Below, piece after piece: positions 11,348 to 24,200 of a stretch of DNA of 64,000 nt. Within the stretch, counting starts at the first letter, position 1. Each line of letters begins with the position of its first letter. The DNA comes from Octopus bimaculoides (lineage: Eukaryota): assembly GCF_001194135.2 (NCBI RefSeq), contig NC_068981.1:158462619-158526618 (forward strand), in the 5' to 3' direction. A program made the translations under genes and the position numbers. Below the pieces are notes generated by a model, which was given only the letters and a program-made list of their open reading frames with translations, made no database searches and was not told where the DNA came from.

Positions 11348-14300
11348 GTGTGTATGAATACTTAACAATAGAAATTCAGAAAGACTCTGTAGAGCCTCAT
11401 AACAACTTAGAAATAATTTAAACATCATAATATCAAGATAGAATATGCAGTCTGATGATCGAAAGATTGAAGGCTTAAGTTAATGTGAATGAGACTAAAG
11501 CAGTTTTTCTGTCAGGGATGCAATCCAAAAGTAATAGCAGAATAGGTTGAACTTAGGTTGATAGGCAAGCAGCCTAAACTCAGTCGATTCTGATACTTGA
11601 CCACTTACTAACAATATACTAACCACAGCCGTCAGTCGGCAACGGATATGACTTGATAGCATGTATCATGCTTTCTTTATTTGTTGCTTGTATAGTTGCG
11701 AGAAGCCATAGGCACTGTCTCGCCTCTCCCACTTTTGATCCAACGGAACATCGAGGATATGACAATTGGACAGTGAGAGAGATGGGGGAGAAGGGGCAGG
11801 TTGCACCAGCAACTTGAAATGAAATACCATGCTCAAGAACACAACAAGCCTGAGACCTAATGATCGTGGGCCCAAATGCTAACCACTAAACCATATGCCT
11901 TCACAACTAAGTACTGTATATAGACTTATTTATAATGACTGTGCATTCTTGATGCTACAATTGACAGGAATTAGAAGCTAGTTGTCGCCTTCAGATCACA
12001 CTCTATCGAACTTTAAAAAAAGATAATATATTCGTGGATACATCATGAGTAAGTAAAAGACGGGATAGTCACAGTTTGAACGCCTTCGATCAGAGCTGAT
12101 CTGACACTAAAGAATATCAGTAACAACGAAATGTTTGTGAGTGCTTAGTCTTTCCTCCAACGTCTTGATTTTAAATTCTGGTGGAAATCACTTTGCATTA
12201 CAGCCCACTTTTGCCAATAAAATAACTAACTAGTTCCGTAATGACAGATATTAGTCAATTATAGCCTTCCTCGTAAATGTATCTTCTAGAGACCAGAAGA
12301 GAAATCATGAATTTTCATTTCATATTTTAGAATCATCAGTAAACAGTAGTCACTCAGTTCAGAAAAGAGAATATAGTGAATTCGAAAAACGAATATTAGA
12401 TGTTCAATTTTACTCCAAAAATTATTTGAGCGAGGGCTTGCCTCGGTCTGGCACACCTATCGGGACAGATCTGACCAGGTAAGTAAAAGCTCAGCGAGTT
12501 AAGCGGTGAAACTATCTTTTGATAAATTTTAGCATACCTCGGAATATTATAAACATTTCTTTACAAAGTGATTTTTGCGCAGGAGAAGAATAAATTATTG
12601 AGTTGCCGACAAGAAATAAATAGTGGTGTGTGAAAGACTCACCAAGTCAATATACTAAAGTGTATACTTCGCAATAGAGAAAACAAAGCAAAAAATACAA
12701 ATCCAGAATTGTCTCCAGGAGTTTGGGGGGAAAAAAGAGAATATAATAGATGATGAAATAAACGGCTATGAATTTGTTTCTTTATTGCCCACAAGGAGCC
12801 AACATAAAGAGGACAGCACAGACTGATTGGGGTCAGACACACAAATAATAATAAAAATTTATAAACGTTTACAATAAAATCGGATGAATTGCAGTCGTAT
12901 GAAATACAATACAAAAGACAACATTACACATGCACAATGAGATAGAAAAACAGGTTACGCTTCGACCCCACGAGCCCTGTTCTGCTACCGGTACTTTTTT
13001 GTTCAGCCTTATGGCACGTTCACGAGGAGTCTTTCACACCCAGCATCCTCGCTACACGCATCCACCTGTCTTTAAACATCCTCTCCGACAGGCATCTTCT
13101 CTCAAGCCTCACTTCCTTTTTCGGGTGAAAGGTGAAGAATCTCACCAACCCGAGACCGGAGATAAAGTTGCCTGTCGCCATTCCTTTCATTCTCGTCTTC
13201 CATATCGCCTCTTTCGCAATTGTTACTACTACGAGAAAGCAATTCTTACTTTCTTTCGTGGGGAAATCCGGCGGGTCAATTTTTAAAATTGACTCAGACG
13301 ACAGCTGTACTCTTCTTAAATCCGACAACAGGTGTTCCGCATAAGTCCACACTTCCGGATACTGAACAACAGCGTGCAGGACGGTTTCCCTATGCTGCTC
13401 GCATCTTGGACAGGCCGATGGACCAGGCTGGCCGTGTCTGGTGAGCTTGTCCCGAACGAGTAAGGCTCCTCGGTAACATTACCAGGCCAGATATTTTTGA
13501 AAGTTATCCAAAGTCCCCGGCCCGAATGTCCTTTGGAACAGACTGTCTAACTGCTTATCATCAAGCCTCTGCCAACCTGCTATAGAAAGATGCGGTGGTA
13601 CCAAAACCGCTGGCACTACCCGAGCGACGGAACAGTAGGAGGGCCTTTCGACACTCCGCAAAGTATGTACCCAACCTAGATCTTCGACGAAACCAGCTTT
13701 CTCGTCCACCGAAACTAGTGAACCTAGGAAACATCCTTTTCGCAAGCGATAAACGGCTATGAATTTCGATTAAAAAATGAAGTTGAATTATATTAGAACT
13801 CTACAAGCATGAATCAACTACAGAAAAAAATGTGCACGGAGCTGTCCATTTCATCTTAGGCTAAAGAGAGATCTTTTCATATTTCATTTATCATTGAATG
13901 TTATTATGATTGAAACAACTCCCGGAATACTCAACTGTAGCAATAGATGATAAAGTGAACCATTGACAATTTCGATTATAAAATAAACCTTGAAATAAAT
14001 ACTCTGCAAAGCCTAGTCTCAGACAAAAAATATTCACGCATTCAAACAATGAATTAATTGTAATCCCTGACGATCGAGTTATCCATTACACCAAAGTAAC
14101 TCAGAATGTTTTTCTTACTTAAATTAGTACCTATAAATTGCTGTTACACAAGCTACTCCTTTATTTCGCCTTTTACACGAGAATCTTTAATATTTTCATA
14201 GTCTGTAAATAAGGCTATTTGGTGATCATTTCACGCTCTTTTTTATATTTATCATTGAACATAATTTTCCCCACTGAAATTCCCATGATATTATGGCTGA

Positions 14301-17300
14301 AGCAATCCCATCATACCAGTAACAGATAATTAAGCAAGCAGGTTAAGATTTTCGAAATAAAACAAAGCCTCAATTAAATCAGACGTTTAATGCGGTGAGT
14401 TGGTAGCATCTTTAGCGCGTCGAACAAATGCTTAGCCGTACTTCTTCCGGTTCTTTACGTACTGAGCTTATACGCTGCCAGGATCAACTTTACATTTCAT
14501 CCTTTCAGGTCGAAAAAGTAAAGTACCAGTTAAGTACTGAGGTCGAAGTTATCGACTGACCTTCTGCCCCTAAAATTGTTGGCATTGTGCCAAAGTTTGA
14601 AACAGTAGGTATCGAGCTGCTAGAATTATCAATGCGTCAAATAAATATGTTTTGCGGTATTTCTTTTAATTTGTTATATTCTGAGTTCGAGTCCCACCGA
14701 GATTCACTTTGTCTTTTCAATCTTTCAGAGTCGATAAACATGATCTAGTCGAGTGCTACGGTCGATATAATCTGCTAATACCACTTCCTATAAAATTGCT
14801 GACTGTGCCAAAATTTGAAAAGAAAAATTAAGTTGGACATTCAATAGACATGAATCCAAGACAGAAAAAATGTGCTCCAAAATTAATTTTATTACAGATA
14901 ATCGTTTACTTTGTCACTTATTACTTGCATTGAAGGGGTTTGTTTCAAATAGCATGGAAATTTCAGTTGTGAAAATGATGTTATATGATAAATAAAGTAA
15001 TGAAACATAAGATTATCACTTCATAGATTATGATTAAACGTTACGCAACTATCGAGGATGAAACTCCACAGGGTCGTCCAATGTCGAAAGGTTATGACGT
15101 CAGGGTTTGTTTTGATTCTTCGGGTGTCAGCGGACACCAACACATCACAGGAAATTGAGCAGATGGTTCAAAAACACGGGAGGTTGGTCAAATAAAGTAA
15201 TGACTCCAGAAAGTTGTTCCAGGGGTATGCGATTAACATAAAAAAAAGATTCGACTTTTATCGCACAAGTAAACTAAAGATTTTTGAAAAAAAATTGTTG
15301 TAAAAGCATCAATTTTGAAAAATGTACTCAGTGGGTTCCGTCACTTCCCATGCTCCCCTATTAGCTTCGTCACTGGCAGCCATGTCAGAGGACTGCTCAT
15401 GGGAAACCGTTTTGAGGATAAAACGATAAGTTGTACTCAGTTTCAACATTAGTTACTGCGATAAAATAGAAAGTATTTTTTCGTATACGTTGCACCAAAG
15501 GTAGAAAAGCTAACGACTCTATTTTTGCACAAACAGAGAATTGTCTTTCAATCCATTTACGTTCAACATTTTGTAAGAAACTGATTTTTATATTCCAAAG
15601 TTAAGAAACAAGAAATTGATCCCTGGAAAGCACATCTCTTGATCAAAATATGTGTTGAAATATATTGGAATACAGCATTGAATTATGTATCTTTTACCAC
15701 TACGATCTTTTCACTCTTATTTCAGAATATTTTACAATCATAACTCCGTATTGTTTTGGTTCATTACTAAACAAAACGTCGTTTTCTTTCCTTTCCGTGA
15801 TAGTTGCTCACTATAACTTACTTTCCCTTGCCTACAATCTCCGAATGCCCCATCACCATATACATAATATTAGTTTGACCAGAACTCTGTATTGGTTTCA
15901 TTCATAAGTTATTAACCTTGTCCACTAGGACTCAGAGTATACTATTAACTGATCATAATTTTTTATTATTTCCGTTTGTTAGGTATTACAATCTCATGGC
16001 GAAGGCAATTGACTCAGATTTTATCACTCCACTCACCAGAGAGTTTCTCGAACATACACAGCATTTTAGTAGTAACGACACACTTTTGACGGCTTTTCCA
16101 AAACTAACCAATCAACTCCTAAAGGTAAAAGTGTCATACGGTTAATCAGATTTCATATATTTTCATATCTTAATAATTATTGCATTCAATGTTGTTGTTT
16201 TTTTCACCCTATATAACTTCATCTAGAGACTGCATTTTGTATAATATGTATGTTTCTATATTAAATTTCTATGATATTAAAACAGATAAATGATTTTTAT
16301 ATCAATGATAGCAATGATCCTCTTTGATAAATTCTTTACCATGTTTCTCAATATTCATAACGTTTCTTTTATTTTTTTTATTTTTTCGGCCCGGTGCTCT
16401 TTTGAGGTTCCATATTAAACAATATATATAATTAATATAAATTTGAACCAATATGTTCTGTATATAAAACTGCATAATATAGGTATAGCACCATGTACAT
16501 TAGCAATACAATACATAAAAAGATCTTACATGGGAATCTTTCATATAACAATGTATAACATATTTGTACGTCTGTATAGCAAATTATGTATGTGTGTATA
16601 TATCTGTATGTTTGTATGTGCGTGTGTGTATGTACGTATGTATGTATGCATGTATGCATGTTTGTATTTATGTATCATGTATGTATGTACGTATCTACTC
16701 TCTTCCATTCAATCCGGTTCCCCACTTGCATTCACACAGGCCAAGAGCAGAAACAGCTCTGAATGCTTCGAACAAATATGCCCATCAAATATGACAATGT
16801 CCCTTCTATTACACACAAAACATTTCACTCAGAACTTGCCCGTGTATTCGCCAAGTTCTTTAATCTCTCACAGGTGTAGAGCCGACCAGGTCTCCCATCG
16901 CTCTCCATCGCCGGCGGTCCCGTGCCAACCCTTCTGCATTCTTCAAGGTGACGTTGAGCCTTTGAAGATTTTCTTTAATCACATCTAGCCATCTACAAAT
17001 TTACTGTATTTATGTATTTTTACACTTATTCTAGGAGATTGACGAAGATTACATTGAAGCAATCAAGAAAGCCATTCTAGATTACATACTTCTGGACCCA
17101 TCAGAGCAAGTTCGGTTAGGTGTTTATATACAGCCTCAGGTAAACTTTTATAATCTAATATAACCATCCTCACAGACCACAAGACCACCAAACTGAATCT
17201 CCGTAAAGCATAAAAACTGTCCACGATATCAAATTTTCTTGTATACATTCCATGTAATTTTGGTCATAGTGTAACGTTAAGGATATGTATAAGTGATGTG

Positions 17301-17530
17301 AATTTATAGATGTTTTGTGTTCAAACTCTTTATAAATGTATAGTTAACTGCAATACATTTATGTATATATTTATCTATCCATCTATCTATCTATCTGTCT
17401 GTCTGTCTGTCTGTCTGTCTGTTGTCTGTTTATCTGTCTGTCTGTCTGTCTAATTATTTATCATTCTATAAACCTGTCAACCTCTCAACTTACTTATCTC
17501 TGTCTCTATTTTTTAAATCTATTTATTTAC

Positions 17531-17565
<35 letters not shown>

Positions 17566-20500
17566 CCTTTCCTTCCACCTCACTCTCCTTTCCCCCTCTC
17601 TCTCCACCTCACTCTCTCTCTTTCTCTCTTGTTATTTCTCATTATAAGTATATTTAGGTATGGTTGGTTTCTCAGATTAGTTCTCTGATGTTTATTCTGC
17701 GTATCTACGTCATACATTAAATGTTATTCTTTCAAAAGAAGTTAAAATTTGCAAATTGTTTTATAACAAATGTTTAATGAAACTTTTTTTCTCTGTCTTT
17801 CACAATAACAACAAGGTTATGAGTTGTATGAAACATGAACGTTTTCCTTGGCATAATTCAGTCACTGAAGCACGAAACTTTCTGAAGTATAATCTGTTTA
17901 TAACTCATCCTGTCAACACAGCCATCTTGTACACCTTTCAGCATAAGTAAGTATTATCGTTGCTCGTTGCATATTATTAGCTTGCTTCTCAATATTTTGT
18001 ACTTAAGTAACTCCCTGGAGGTAACTATGAGCTGAACATAATCGAATAAAATCAATAAACTCCTTGTTGAAACCATCCACTTTACTATATATGAGTTAGA
18101 CTCACCAAACTGTAACCTAAGAGCCCCAGAACATCAATGATCAGGAATAATGAGTTCACGTTTGCCAGTAATCGATAAATAAATCTTAAGCGGTTGGTAG
18201 TCGTAATGGCCAGTAGGTAAAGTATGGCTCTGAAAAGACAGAAACTTTACTGACATACCCAACTGATAGCAAGAGGTATGGTTCTCTTTAAGTCATGTAA
18301 CAACGTAGAGAGATTTCTAAAATATTAAGAAAAAGTAAAATTAAAACACGTTGCGTCGTCTACAAATTAACGATATTTTAATATTTTCAGAAATTAAAGG
18401 CTGAATGTATTTGTATGAGGCCAAAGGTACAAACTCTACTGACACACCACGATACCGCGAGAGAGATGGTTCTCTTTAGGCCATATAACAATGTATAGAA
18501 ATTTTTAAATATTAAGAGAAAATAAAATAAAAACATGTTGTAACGTCCATTAATCAGCGATAATTTTAATATTTGCATGAGATTAAGGTGGTCAGATGGA
18601 ATCGTGTGTACCTCGAGCAAAATGCTTAGCTGCATTTCGTCTGTCTTTATGTTCTGAGTTCAAATTCCACCGAGGTCGACTTTACCTTGAATCCTTTCGG
18701 AGTCGATAAAATAAGTATCAGCTCGACACTGTGTCGGCGTAATCGATTTACCCCTCCCATGAAATTACTGACCTTATCCCGAATTTTGAAACCAGTATTT
18801 GCATGAGACTAAAGATGAATCTAGCTAGGTATATCAAATGTCGTTTGATGGCTTCAATTCAGCGTCTCTGCCTCACAAGCTCTCTGGCATACCAATCTAT
18901 TTCTTAGCCAATATAACAGTGCCAATTAGTGCATTAATGCAACTTTAATTTCACTTTTACATCTATGTCATTTTGAGATCTCTTTTGTTCAATATTGTTC
19001 AATATTTCTAGCAATATGTTCAATATTGTTCAATATTTCTAATAATTTGTTCAATATTTCTAGCAATATTATCTTTTGTTCAATATTTCTAGCAATATTA
19101 TCTTTTGTTCAATATTTTGTTCAATATTTCATTTTGTTCAATATTTGTAGCAATATTATTTTTTATGTTCCTCTTTAATCCCGTTGTATTTGATAAATTT
19201 TAACAATCTATTGTTATACATATATACATTAGTGGAGATACCTCGGCATATAGTAAGTAATTCCATGTCTTTGAGTAGGATTGGCATCACTTACTTCATT
19301 TATTCATATTACTTACATCACACCACCGCAGCGACAGACCAGTAAAAACATTATCTATTCAGTGATTTCACTAAATTCTTTCAATTGACATTTCTCTGTT
19401 ATTTTCTGCTAAGGTATAGTACGTACCGTCTGTTGTCAATTGATACTCTCAAGCAGTTCCTTCCCATGACAATCGAGCAACTAGTCATCTACGTTAAAGA
19501 AACAGTGAGAAGAAACGCCAAAAATCTCCAAGAAACATGGTTGTCAGAATGTGCTTCCATCATCGATAGCCGCAGAGAAGATGTAGAAGGACGGTTTCTT
19601 AAAGACAGAACTGTAAGAACCATTTCTAGGTTTTTACCTCGAAAAATTCTTGGCTTTCTCTCCTCCAAAATCTAAAATTTTTTTTTGTTTTTTTTTTGTT
19701 ATAGGACACCATTAAGTGGGTATGGTACTGAATTACAAACTGAAAATATATTTATAGATTTTAGCCAACACTGTGGGTAATATCCAAACGTAAACACCTT
19801 GCCTTTATATACAATACTTTCGTGGACAGATAAAGAAAGTTCAAACCGAACTCGCTTCAATCCTGTGTTAAGATTTCGTCAACGTCTTAAACTTAGAAAC
19901 ACTGATTATAAATTATAAATTTAAGAGCTTAAAATCATTGGAGAATCTAATTTGCATATATAAATCATTCTTGACAGCTAATTCGATATATGTGTGTGTG
20001 TGTGTGTGTGTATGTGTGTGTGTGTGTGTGTATGTGTGTGTGTATGTGTGTGTGTGTGTGTTAATGTATGTATGTATATGAATATGGATGTGTATGTATC
20101 TATAAATATATTTATTTATATCAAAAGTATTTGCATATGACTCTTACATACAGTGTTCACTAAAAGCAATATATATTATTCTGTGGTACAGTATAAGTTA
20201 GGCAAAAATGTGTGTGTGTGTTAATATTTCGCTTAGGCATAGCGATACAAATAACCTGGTATTAGAATTCAATATACAAGTGCTTCAGAAAGAAGCGTAG
20301 TCAGGTACAGTGAGTAATAAACAATTAAATAAATGACAAGGGAACAAGAACTCATGAAGTTCGTTATGTAATTTATTGTTCCCATGTCATTTATTTAATA
20401 CATATACACATGCAAATCGGTCTATCCTATACTAATGGGTATATAAGCAATATCACTCGCACAGTTAAGGAATGTATTCAGTCGCTGATGAAATCCAGTA

Positions 20501-20728
20501 CAGAGTTCAAACTAGTCAGTCTGATCTGTCTTTATCTATCTACGAAAATATTGTTTATAAAGAAACGGCGCTGGCGTGGCTGTGTGTTAAGAAGTTTGCT
20601 TCCCAACCACATGCTTCTGGCTTAAGTCCCACTGCATGACACCTTAAGTAAGTGTGTTCTGTTATAGCCTCAAGCCGACCAAAGCTTTGTAAGTGAACTT
20701 GGTAGACGGAAACTGCAAGAAGCCTGTC

Positions 20729-20774
<46 letters not shown>

Positions 20775-21199
20775 TTGTCTCTCAACACCGTTTGACAACC
20801 GGTGTTGGTGTGGTTATGTCTCCATTACTTAGTGGTTCGGTAAAAAGAGACCGATAGAATAAGTACCAAGTTTATAAAAAAATAAATACTGAAGTCAATT
20901 CATTTAGATAAGACTTTTTCAAGCAATGCCCCGGCATGACCGCAGTCCAAGGACTAAAACAATTGAAAGATATCTGTCTATTACATACAGTATTAGCTTA
21001 AATCTATACATATATTCTATTAATATAGTTCTATATTTAAGAGATGAGGAATTATGTACAATATTTACATTATTTACATTTGGCGGATATTTGTCCTCAT
21101 CTTGTTTGTTGTTAACACAAGGTTTCGGCTGGTATACTCTCCCGCCTTCATCAGGTGTCTTGGGGAAACCTAGGTTCTTATTCCTAAGGTATTTTTCGA

Positions 21200-21240
<41 letters not shown>

Positions 21241-24200
21241 TCACTGCCTGGAATCGAACTCGGAATCATGGGGTTAGTAGCCCGCGCTCTTAACCTGATG
21301 AGGATAACTATCCGTCAAATGTAAATAATGTAAATAACGTATATATTCTATTGTATTGTACAGCATTAGTAATTTACAAGCATACAGGTCTTAAATTCTC
21401 GTTACTACAAGCAAATCTTTCTATATTTGTGAAGATCATTTTAATTGTATGCACCCCAGCTCTTGGAAATGTTTTCTAGATTAACCTACGGTGCCGTCGG
21501 CTATATATTGGCATCTCAGCCACACAGGCTCGGGTGCACTCCCTAAAATGTCTCTGTTCAGTGAAAACGCTATGGACATCCTCCAGAAAAACTGGGTTTG
21601 CACCCACTAAGCAAATTTCGTTCACGCACTTATGTTTATCCAGGTAGGTACAGAATTAGGATTGCAGTGGAAGTTGGAGTTAGAGATGTGTGGAAAATAG
21701 CGTGATGAAGAAGTTATTTAAAATAGTAAGTGAAGTTTAAGGACTTTAAGCAGGGTATGAAGTGGACATTGAAGGAGAAATGGAAATGTATCTACATTGG
21801 TATGTGAGACGTGGAACAGAGAAAAGAATTTAGTGAAGGCAAGAGTGAAGTGATTGAAGAGTGGGATAGAAGGACGACTTAACTAATATCTGAAAATCGT
21901 TTTATATCACAGGATAGTCGACTTGATTACATGGACAAATTCTTCTCAAGTGTTGCCTCTCTGATGTCGAACCTTCTTCGAACATGTGTCCAGGATTCAC
22001 TATCAGAGTTGTTGACTTTGATAGAATGTTATATGGATGGCAATGATTACAGTGGAGAGTACAATATTATGACTGGACTCGGACTTCCTACAAAAATGCA
22101 CGTGCTAAAAATATCTCTGGTAAATATTTGTTTGTTGGCATGTTTTATAGATTTTGCTTTCCTTAACCCTACTCTAACATCAACTTTCAAAATCTTCATT
22201 TTTTAATTTTTTTTATAGTATTCTAACTTGCTAGGATTAATTAGTAATATTTCATTTCAAATCTTATTGAAAATAGCTCACCCTTGACTTGTATATTTTT
22301 AGAATACTGATGTCCCGAATGTGTCAACCATATTTGAGCCGTCTTTCGATGTGATACAACACCATCTTTCTGATATTGTCGATGTTATTGTCACCAGTAC
22401 GAGCCATTTCCCTTGTATTGAACATTGTTTGTTCCATTCTGTTGAGAATCTTCCAACAAATTATATCAGATCAGTCGGTCAAAATGAACAACTAGTTTTG
22501 AATACGAAACAGAAGATACAAAACGTCGTCAATAAAAATTCATGTGGACCAACCAGGTGATGTACTTAGACAATGAACTTCTTTTAGTATTCGTTAGAGT
22601 ATTTTATTGAATGTAATGTATGTATCTGTGTACATTCGTGCCCCTGCACATACATACATACATACATACATACTGTTGTGGCGAGAGTATGACACCCTCT
22701 GACGAAAACAGACGGGACCACTACATATAAATAGCAGCGGTCTGACGTAGTCGGCAAAGACACTACAGAGACAGACAGAAGAAGACACAGAGTGGGAGCA
22801 CGTGAGGAGAAAAAAGAGAAAAAGAAAAGGCTCAAACCACGCCCTCACAGATACACCTGCACATTCACAACCCAACCAAACATCCACGCAAATACTCACA
22901 CAGTCATACACAACATCGCAAACACACGCAGGCACTCAAAAACACATACCCACACAAACACAGCCACAGAATACACAGACCAAAGTGGCGAGCTGGCAGA
23001 AACGTTAGCACGCAGGACGAAATGCTTAGCGGTATTTCGTCTGAGTTCAAATTCCGCCGAGGTCGACTTTGCCTTTCATCCTTTCGGGGTCGATAAATTA
23101 AGTACCAGCTACGCAGTGGAGTCGATGTAATCGACTTAATCTCTTTGTCTGTCCTTGTTTGTCCCCTCTATGTTTAGCCCCTTGTGGGCAATAAATAATA
23201 AGAATATACAGACCCCAATCTTCCCACCCCACACGGCCATAATGGCTATTAATAACAATTTTTTTTTTTAAATGATAGCAAAACAGGAAATGACAAAGAC
23301 ATTCAAACCACCAGATAACACAGACTCCAGAAAACATCGAACTTCTCATATTATACAGAGAAAATTATAGCTACATAAAAAAAGCTTACCCGAGAGACGT
23401 TGGTCCTTGGGTGGAAAATTTCTCTGAAAATATGTACAAAGAACTGACAATCAACCCACCAACCACTGCTGAAACGGTTGAGAAAGGACCTACTTTCCAG
23501 CCGGAACACATTTAAAAAAAAATAAAAGCAAGCACCAATTATGTACTCGCTTAATTTCGGATGTATAAATGTGCGTGACCTGAGATCGGATTGGAAGCAA
23601 GCTTGCCTCCTAGATGATCTCGAGTCACATCGGTTAGATGTAATAGCTCTTACTGAGACCAGACTGAGGAGTCTGCAGGACTTTGTCTCGCTCCTTAACG
23701 ACTACGAGAAAGTCAACCGGGGGATGTGAGGTGGGTGTAGTTCTACTCAGGAAGGTGCTCAAACTAGAAACTAGAACAATCTTTGTCGATCCGGAAGGCA
23801 GGCTGGTCGTCCTAGATGTGACACTCAGTTGTGGTAAGGCCTTCAGGTTGGTGGCGGTCTATGCCCCGGATTGGTGGACAGGACAGCCTGACTTCTTCAA
23901 GAACCTGGAAAAGTTTCTGGGTATGTCATATACGTCAGTGGCGTTAGGCGACTTCAACGCAATCTGCGATGCACGCGTAGATTACGCTGCCTCGAATCGT
24001 TTTAGGAAGGTAAGCTTTTGCCTCAACGATCTGCTCAGATCGATACAGACTAGATCACCCGGATGTTCCACAGTGGACATGGTCAAGAAACGATGGGTCA
24101 TCTAGATCTTACCAAGACAGAATATTAATTAGGAGTGAGGACAAGAGTGTAGCTAGTTGTCCACAATTAACCATTGAAATCTACAGTGATCACAAACTGG

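Noticed and set aside
21241-21295. Possible tRNA gene (ACT anticodon loop)
   Set aside because: Lacks the acceptor stem and 5' D arm and runs into a repeat body; it is a SINE head. The same applies to all other tRNA-like heads in the window.
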